From NCBI GenBank assembly GCA_964562615.1, contig CAZLUD010000001.1, positions 257,072 to 321,071 of the forward strand: DNA of 64,000 bases, in the 5' to 3' direction. How positions within the stretch are numbered: position 1 is the first letter of the stretch; the number at the start of each line of letters is the position of its first letter. Positions 57,831-64,000 of the stretch are shown here, piece after piece. The position numbers and the translations under genes were made by a program. This stretch comes from an uncultured Candidatus Saccharibacteria bacterium. Lineage in GTDB: Bacteria; Patescibacteriota; Minisyncoccia; Phycocordibacterales; UBA12088. A model generated the notes under the pieces. It ran no database searches. It was not told the origin of the DNA and worked only from the letters and a program-made list of their open reading frames with translations.

Positions 57831-59054
57831 CTAAATACCTTCAGTGACAGAATATATTGGAGTGATCATTGATACCGCAAAGAATCCGACAACCGCACCG
57901 ACGATAACCATCAAAAATGGTTCGATAATCGTGGACATGTCTTTTGTTTTTTGCTCAACTTCAAGTTCATAAAACTCTGCGACGCGTAAAAGAAGTTCAG
58001 GAAGCTTTCCTGTCTCTTCACCAACGGCAATTAACTCGCCAACGAGTGTTGGGTACAAATCTTCATGCACATGAAATACATCCGCAAGTGGGTTTCCTTT
58101 CTGGATTTTTTCTTTTGCTTCAACTAGCACTGCTCGATAATACGAATGCTGCACCACATCAGCAGTAATCTCGAGTGAATGCACCACATCAACTCCAGCA
58201 GACAATAACGACGAGAGCGTGCGCGCGGTACGTGCAGAGTTAGTCTCTTTGACAAGCTCTTTTATAATAGGCATCTTGAGTAATACGGTTTCAAATATTC
58301 TTCTACCGATGCTGGTTTTAAGTCCGTAATAAAATCCTGCAATAACTCCGATACATAGTATGATCGCGGCGACTGTTTGCTCTTGCATAAAATTACTTGC
58401 CCCGATAATCATTTTTGTTGAGGCAGGAAGCTCTACTCCAAGTTCGGTAAATGTCTGACTGAGGGTAGGTACTACAAAGACCAAAAGGAGTGCGCCGATA
58501 ACAACAAGTGCCGCCATAATGATACCGGGGTAAATCAGCGCCCCTTTGATTTTCTTTTTTAGTCGATAGGTTTGATCCATCTGCTCGCCCACCACAAGGA
58601 GTGAGTTAGATAGCCCACCACTCTCTTCACCGGCACGCACCATAGAAATAACTAGTGATGAAAATACTTTTGGATGTTTTGCTAGCGCTTCATTAAAAGT
58701 GATTCCCTTTTCAATTGATGCCACCAGATCAAGGAGTACCGTCTTGAATCCTGGTTTCTTTGTTTGGCGCTCCATCACCTGAAGAGCGCGTGAGAGGGAC
58801 AGCCCCGCAGAGAGCATGGCGGAAAGATTTTTAGCAAAGTTGATTTTGTCTGTCTCTTTTATTCTTCCAAAGAAACTACTGATAATAGGTATGTGGATAT
58901 TTATAGAACTTCCACCCTTTGTTTCTTCAAATGAAACCACCGTCGCGTTTTCTTTGCGTATATGTTGGTACAACTCAAATCTATCTACCGCCTCAAGCGT
59001 ACCTTCGTACTCCTCCCCTGTATCTCGTTTAGCTTTGTATACAAATGTTGGCAT
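57831..59054 (-). CDS. pilC: Type IV pilus inner-membrane platform protein PilC (GspF family)
   Basis: Two GspF repeats; 407 aa. Confidence 0.85.
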   Translation of the reverse strand: MPTFVYKAKRDTGEEYEGTLEAVDRFELYQHIRKENATVVSFEETKGGSSINIHIPIISSFFGRIKETDKINFAKNLSAMLSAGLSLSRALQVMERQTKKPGFKTVLLDLVASIEKGITFNEALAKHPKVFSSLVISMVRAGEESGGLSNSLLVVGEQMDQTYRLKKKIKGALIYPGIIMAALVVIGALLLVFVVPTLSQTFTELGVELPASTKMIIGASNFMQEQTVAAIILCIGVIAGFYYGLKTSIGRRIFETVLLKMPIIKELVKETNSARTARTLSSLLSAGVDVVHSLEITADVVQHSYYRAVLVEAKEKIQKGNPLADVFHVHEDLYPTLVGELIAVGEETGKLPELLLRVAEFYELEVEQKTKDMSTIIEPFLMVIVGAVVGFFAVSMITPIYSVTEGI

Positions 59055-59164
59055 AGTGTGTACTTATGTCCGTGGCAACAAGCATCTATTTATACCGAAC
59101 AGCAGTACTTCAATGATACCATCCAACTACCATTTATTTTGAAAGTTAATCAACAGTACGAACT

Positions 59165-59206
59165 ATATATAAGGACCTTTCGATATATCGAAAGGTCCTT
59201 ATATAT
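59165..59206. repeat. 42-bp perfect palindrome ATATATAAGGACCTTTCGATATATCGAAAGGTCCTTATATAT between pilB and pilC
   Basis: Verified base by base; central CGATATATCG core. Confidence 0.9.
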
Positions 59207-59234
59207 GATGTTTGTATAAAAAAGAAAACGAAAA

Positions 59235-59275
59235 GGCCGCAAGCGCAAGCTTGCGGCCTTTGGTGAGAAATACTC
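59235..59275 (-). terminator. Terminator after pilB
   Basis: ggccgcaagc-gcaa-gcttgcggcc followed by T-run on the minus strand. Confidence 0.5.
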
Positions 59276-59298
59276 ACCCTAAAAATAATTACTAATTA

Positions 59299-61050
59299 TT
59301 ACTCACTAATCACCCTGAGTACTTCTTCAATAGAGGTAATACCTTGCGCTGATTTAAATATGCCGTCTTCAAGCATGGTGAGCATGCCTTCTGCCCTTGC
59401 CTGCTGTTCAATATGGTCTGCGTCCTTGCCCTCCATAATAAGGTCGCGAATTTTTGACGACATAGAAAGTATTTCGTGGATACCGATACGCCCTTTATAT
59501 GCGTCTTCTTCTTTACCTTTTTTTGGTCTAAAAAATGGAACCTTATCAAGTGTGGTGATCTTTTTATCAACTATCCCCTCTTCATGAAGCGCTTTCATCA
59601 CGCGCTCAATATTTGCATGCACGGCAAGATTATCTACTTCTGCCTTGGTGAGGTTGTACTCCTCCTTTTCTTTTGTAAACTTTCTTACCAAACGCTGGGC
59701 AATAACCACATCAAGAGTAGATACAAGAAGAAATGCTTCTGCACCCATTTCAATAAGACGAGGGATAGCGCCAGCAGCAGAGTTGGTGTGGAGGGTAGAG
59801 AGTACAAGGTGTCCCGTGAGTGCTGCATTAACCGCAAGACTTGCGGTTTCGCCGTCACGAATTTCTCCCACCATGATAATGTCGGGGTCTTGGCGAACAA
59901 GTGAGCGCAGACCTTCGGAGAAGGTAAAGCCAATTTGCGGTTTTACCTGTGTCTGATTTACCCTCTGCATTTGATATTCGATAGGGTCTTCTATGGTTGA
60001 GATATTTACTTCTGGGGTATTAACAATATCTAAAATAGTATAAAGCGTCGTCGTTTTACCTGATCCGGTAGGACCAGTAGTGAGAATCATACCCACGGTA
60101 CGGCGAGTCGCCTCGTGAATCTTTTCTAACCCATTACCATGAAAGCCAAGTGATTCAAGGGTGTACCCCCCACCTCCCTCTCGCAACAATCGCATCACTG
60201 TTTTTTCACCATAGTAGACCGGCAACACTGATACACGGAATGATACTTTTTCGTCATCTATCTTCATTTTGAAACGACCATCTTGTGGGAGACGCTTTTC
60301 ATCAAGCTTTAAATTGGAAAGTACTTTTATGCGCGCCGTAATAGAAGGGCCGGCACTTTTAGGAAGTGACATTGCGTCATGGAGTATACCGTCAATTCTA
60401 TAACGAACGAGCACCGTCTCTTCCATTGGCTCTACGTGTATGTCAGATGCGTTTTGCAAAATTGCATGCTTTAAAAGCGCATTTACAATACGTACCACCG
60501 GAAGATCTTCAGCGAGCTTTTTTAAGTCGGTACCAGAAACTTCCTCGCCTGTATTTTCAGATACTACCGCGAGTGTTTCTGACTCTCGTTTTATGATATC
60601 GCCAAACTCATCCTTGAGTGTTTTTTGATACTGCAGTAGCGCATCCTTGATTGAATTTACATCGGTAAGACGAGGTAAAATCTTGAGTCCTGTCTTCTTT
60701 TTTATGAATTCAATGGAGCGTAGGTCGTCTGTATCTAGCATGGCAACCTCAAGCTCTTTGTCCTGCTTTTTAAATGCGACAATATTATTAGTGCGTGCAA
60801 TAGGCTCTGGGATTAATGACAGAGTATCAAAGTCTATATGCTTCCCTTTTAATGAAATAAATGGGATACCAAGTATGTATGCCTGTACCCGACGCAAATC
60901 ATCCTCAGAGAGATGTCCGTCACTTATTAAAATGTCACCTAGTTTTTTCTTTGTGGCTTTTGCTTTAATCAATGAATCCTCAACCACTTGCTTGGGTACA
61001 AGACCAGAATCAAGTACGAATTCTTTTAGTTGTATTTGATCTACTACCAT
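59299..61050 (-). CDS. pilB: Type IV pilus assembly ATPase PilB (GspE family)
   Basis: TTGPTGSGKTTTLY Walker A, DPIEY, VGEIRD; GspII_E N-terminal domain. Confidence 0.9.
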   Translation of the reverse strand: MVVDQIQLKEFVLDSGLVPKQVVEDSLIKAKATKKKLGDILISDGHLSEDDLRRVQAYILGIPFISLKGKHIDFDTLSLIPEPIARTNNIVAFKKQDKELEVAMLDTDDLRSIEFIKKKTGLKILPRLTDVNSIKDALLQYQKTLKDEFGDIIKRESETLAVVSENTGEEVSGTDLKKLAEDLPVVRIVNALLKHAILQNASDIHVEPMEETVLVRYRIDGILHDAMSLPKSAGPSITARIKVLSNLKLDEKRLPQDGRFKMKIDDEKVSFRVSVLPVYYGEKTVMRLLREGGGGYTLESLGFHGNGLEKIHEATRRTVGMILTTGPTGSGKTTTLYTILDIVNTPEVNISTIEDPIEYQMQRVNQTQVKPQIGFTFSEGLRSLVRQDPDIIMVGEIRDGETASLAVNAALTGHLVLSTLHTNSAAGAIPRLIEMGAEAFLLVSTLDVVIAQRLVRKFTKEKEEYNLTKAEVDNLAVHANIERVMKALHEEGIVDKKITTLDKVPFFRPKKGKEEDAYKGRIGIHEILSMSSKIRDLIMEGKDADHIEQQARAEGMLTMLEDGIFKSAQGITSIEEVLRVISE

Positions 61051-61293
61051 TATGAGTAGTATACCGCATACACGCGGTTACTTTAGACACTTCTCAACAT
61101 GTAACAAAATAAATAGTGTTTAGCGTTACAAAAGAAACAGCACGCAGAGTATTGCGTGCTGTTTGGAATCTTTAACGTTGCTTTCTTTTCCAATTTTTCA
61201 TGAAATTTGCTTTATCAATTTCATGTTTGATTCTTTCTTTTTGCTTTTTCTCTCTTTCTTTTTGCTCTTTTTTTTCTTTGGGAGTCTTTTTCT

Positions 61294-61866
61294 TCACTTG
61301 ATCCCCCCTTGTCTTCTTCCGCCACGCCGGCGGTTTTCCTCTGCCGCCCGTTCTCTGTTTAATCTCTGGCGCTCCTTCGCGCCAGAGATTCGTGCTTTCT
61401 CCGTCTTCCCTGGCGGCGGGTCACGGTTAGCCTCACCTGAAAAAACCTTACTAGGTTTTTCATTTTCCCTTTTCGCTTTAGCCACTATTCTTGGCTTTAT
61501 GTCACTCTTCCAAACCTCCGCACATGCGCGTGATGAGAAAACAGTGAATAGTGGATTACTGTAAATCCAGGCCATGGGCCATTTAACCCTGCATTCTTTT
61601 CCCTTCTCATCTCTCCATGTAATATTATTCCGAGTAGGAAGAATATAACCTGAGGCTGCGAAAAATCGCTCCCCCCATTCTGATAGGAGTTGCTCCTCAT
61701 CTCCCCGTAAGTAGGCCTGAGCAAGGCCTACTTGCATCGTCATACTTGGCAAGAACCAACCATGAGTCATTAGTCGTCGAATTTCTTCCATTTCCTCTTC
61801 CATGCTATTGAAAATGGTCTGGGAATTATTCCTGTCGACGACGGTCGTGCCATAGCTGTCAAACAT
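61294..61866 (-). CDS. Hypothetical protein with Lys/Arg/Glu-rich C-terminal tail
   Basis: 190 aa ORF; no recognised domain. Confidence 0.3.
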   Translation of the reverse strand: MFDSYGTTVVDRNNSQTIFNSMEEEMEEIRRLMTHGWFLPSMTMQVGLAQAYLRGDEEQLLSEWGERFFAASGYILPTRNNITWRDEKGKECRVKWPMAWIYSNPLFTVFSSRACAEVWKSDIKPRIVAKAKRENEKPSKVFSGEANRDPPPGKTEKARISGAKERQRLNRERAAEENRRRGGRRQGGIK

Positions 61867-62132
61867 TTAACTTCTCCTTGGTTTTCCCAACGTATTTTGG
61901 CGTGGGTGGGTTACAACAACTACATGTATTATACATGAAAATATTGATTAGTCAATAGCTTACTTGACAGTTTTTACTCAGATGCTAGTATTATCGCATC
62001 AGAAACGCCCCATGGGGGCGATTCTTTTTGCCCGAATAGTAGGTATATAGTACATATTCATACATACTATATATAATAGAAGGGTATGATGTGTATACGA
62101 GTATTTAGAAGACAATTGAATAACAACTACAT

Positions 62133-63299
62133 ATGGCGCTATTTGATCTAAAAGTAATTAATTCAGTCCTTGACCAGCTCGAAGAAGAGCGTGGTATTCC
62201 TCGTGCTAAAACCCTTGATGCAATCGAACAAGCACTTGCTACTGCCTATAAGAAGGAGTACGGAAAGCGCTCACAGATTGTACGAGCAAAATTTAACCCA
62301 GAAACTGGGGATGTTACCTTTTCCCAAGTAAAGATAGTAGTAGACCCATCGCAGGTACGCATGGAAAGCGACGAACCGGTTGATAAGGATGATGACCGTA
62401 TTCGCTACAACCCTGAACAGCATATATTTATTGACGATGCTCGCAGAATGAAAAAGGATACAGAGCTAGACGAAGAAATTGTATTCCCACTTGAAGAGAA
62501 GGGTGACTACGGACGAATCGCCGCACAAACGGCAAAGCAAGTAATTATTCAAAAAATCCGAGAGGCAGAAAAAACATCGGTATTTGAAGAATACGGCCAA
62601 AAACAAGGAGAAATAGTATCTGGTACAGTACAAAGAATTGAACGAGGCAATATTTACATTGACTTAGGTAGAACTACCGGCATCCTCCCGTACGAAGAGC
62701 AAATACCTGGTGAGCGTTTTCGCCAAGGTGAGCGAGTCAGAGCATATCTGTATTCTGTTGATGAGGGGCACCGTGGTGTGTTTTTGCGTCTTTCTAGGTC
62801 ACATCCTAAGTTTCTTGCAAAGCTTTTTGAGATGGAAACCCCAGAACTACAGCACAAAACTGTGGAGATTAAGGCAATTGCCCGTGAGCCAGGTAGCAGA
62901 TCTAAAATTGCGGTTACCTCATACGATGATCATATCGATCCAGTAGGATCACTTGTAGGTCAACGTGGTGTACGCGTAACTACCGTGATGGGCGAATTGG
63001 GTGGCGAAAAGATTGATATTATTGCCTGGGATGCTAATCCAACAGAATTTATTGAGGAAGCACTTTCTCCAGCAAAAATACTCAATATAGAAATCAACGA
63101 AACTACAAGAACTGCCTTTGTTGAAGTGTCTGAAGACCAGCAATCACTAGCTATTGGAAAGGCGGGGCAAAACGTGCGTCTTGCGGCTAAACTAACTGGT
63201 TGGAAAATTGATATTCACTCTGTAGGCACTCCAGAGAGTGCGGAGTCTACAAATGAAGCTGAGGGTGAGGCACTTTCTGCGGAAACAGAAACAGAGTAA
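62133..63299 (+). CDS. nusA: Transcription termination/antitermination factor NusA
   Basis: N-terminal domain, S1 and two KH domains (IGKAGQNVRLAAKLTGWKIDI). Confidence 0.9.
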   Translation: MALFDLKVINSVLDQLEEERGIPRAKTLDAIEQALATAYKKEYGKRSQIVRAKFNPETGDVTFSQVKIVVDPSQVRMESDEPVDKDDDRIRYNPEQHIFIDDARRMKKDTELDEEIVFPLEEKGDYGRIAAQTAKQVIIQKIREAEKTSVFEEYGQKQGEIVSGTVQRIERGNIYIDLGRTTGILPYEEQIPGERFRQGERVRAYLYSVDEGHRGVFLRLSRSHPKFLAKLFEMETPELQHKTVEIKAIAREPGSRSKIAVTSYDDHIDPVGSLVGQRGVRVTTVMGELGGEKIDIIAWDANPTEFIEEALSPAKILNIEINETTRTAFVEVSEDQQSLAIGKAGQNVRLAAKLTGWKIDIHSVGTPESAESTNEAEGEALSAETETE

Positions 63300-63331
63300 A
63301 GTAACACTGTTAGTAATAATCACCTACGTCT

Positions 63332-63853
63332 ATGAATCTACTTCATGACATTGAACCAGGTACTCGAGATGAGATGAATGTCATCATCGAAATACCACGA
63401 GGATCTAAGAATAAGTACGAAATTGATAAGGCAACAGGGCTTATCGCCCTTGATAGAGCCATGCACACTTCACAGGACTATCCATTTGATTATGGCTTTG
63501 TCCCCCGCACATTGTGGGACGATGGTGACGCGCTTGATGTACTTGTCCTTACCACCTACCCCCTAGCTCCCGGCATACTGGTGCGAGTGCGGCCAGTTGC
63601 GGTTATGGATATGATTGATGGTGGAGAAAGTGACAACAAGGTAATCGCAGTGCCGACCGATGATCCTCGATGGAATGAAGTAAAAGACCTAGGTGACATC
63701 AATAAACACACCATAAAAGAGATTGAGCACTTTTTCTCTACCTACAAAAAAATCCAGAATAAAGAAGTAGCAGTAAACGGATTTAGAGGAGCAGAGGATG
63801 CAAAAAAGGACTACGATAAGGCAATTGCTCAATACCAAGCAAAAGCGGCATAG
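63332..63853 (+). CDS. ppa: Inorganic pyrophosphatase (family I)
   Basis: EIPRGSKNKYE, DYPFDYGF, DGDALDVLV. Confidence 0.9.
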   Translation: MNLLHDIEPGTRDEMNVIIEIPRGSKNKYEIDKATGLIALDRAMHTSQDYPFDYGFVPRTLWDDGDALDVLVLTTYPLAPGILVRVRPVAVMDMIDGGESDNKVIAVPTDDPRWNEVKDLGDINKHTIKEIEHFFSTYKKIQNKEVAVNGFRGAEDAKKDYDKAIAQYQAKAA

Positions 63854-63880
63854 CCAACACCTATAGATATAACAGAACAA

Positions 63881-63915
63881 TCCCCGCCTCGTGGCGGGGA
63901 TTGTTCTGTTTACCG
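63881..63915 (+). terminator. Rho-independent terminator after ppa
   Basis: cagaacaatccccgcc-tcgt-ggcggggattgttctg followed by ttt. Confidence 0.6.
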
Positions 63916-64000
63916 TATTCTATCCACACAGAAGAACTCTCCTATAGTACTTTTGTTGTGTATACTTACCATAAGTATACGGCTTGTGCTTGGTACTTGT

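Noticed and set aside
61163-61564. 133-aa plus-strand ORF rich in Phe/Leu
   Set aside because: It is encoded by the polypyrimidine tract and overlaps the minus-strand ORF 61294-61866. Its low-complexity translation is an artefact of base composition.
1-64000. CRISPR arrays or cas genes
   Set aside because: No regularly spaced short direct repeats were seen. The only repeat families are the 25-nt att repeat, the 71-bp direct-repeat pair and the palindromes.

Overview
Read by eye, this 64 kb window looks like a small-genome, episymbiont-type bacterium, most likely Candidate Phyla Radiation / Patescibacteria. Supporting features: overall GC is about 40-45%; the ribosomal-protein cluster has no rpmD (L30) between rpsE and rplO; adenylate kinase is the short form; and there are many type IV pilus and competence genes. 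The backbone is a conserved core. It comprises rpsL-rpsG-fusA, tuf-rpsJ, and rplC through rplO-secY-adk-map (about 24.7-43.1 kb). It also comprises infC-rpmI-rplT, ftsH, recG, recJ, pgk-tpiA, nusA, ppa and rnhA, plus two tRNAs: Ser-GCU and an unusual Ile-UAU. Two type IV pilus / DNA-uptake loci sit at the window ends: pilB'-x-pilO-pilN-pilM with comFC at 0-5 kb, and pilB-pilC plus three prepilin-like genes at 54-61 kb. A ComEC encoded as two separate genes and RecJ lie between them. Several accessory insertions interrupt this backbone. (1) An AT-rich cyclodipeptide synthase (AlbC-like CDPS) is divergently paired with a SAM methyltransferase and a membrane protein, at about 5.9-8.4 kb. (2) A roughly 4.1 kb island sits at the 3' end of tRNA-Ser, bounded by 25-nt direct repeats. 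It carries a compact Dcm methyltransferase / PD-ExK endonuclease / Vsr restriction-modification module plus RadC, and no integrase. (3) A two-gene cassette, a CYTH/CyaB-like protein overlapping a small 3-TM protein, lies between rpsJ and rplC and is flanked by 71-bp direct repeats. (4) A higher-GC membrane-anchored GGDEF (SGDEF) gene lies between tuf and fusA. (5) A GC-rich lipoprotein gene carries a perfect sigma70 consensus promoter and a strong terminator. (6) A family of perfect palindromes shares a CGATATATCG core; two of them bracket a YerC/TrpR-like regulator. All calls come from reading the sequence and the six-frame translations. No database search was run.
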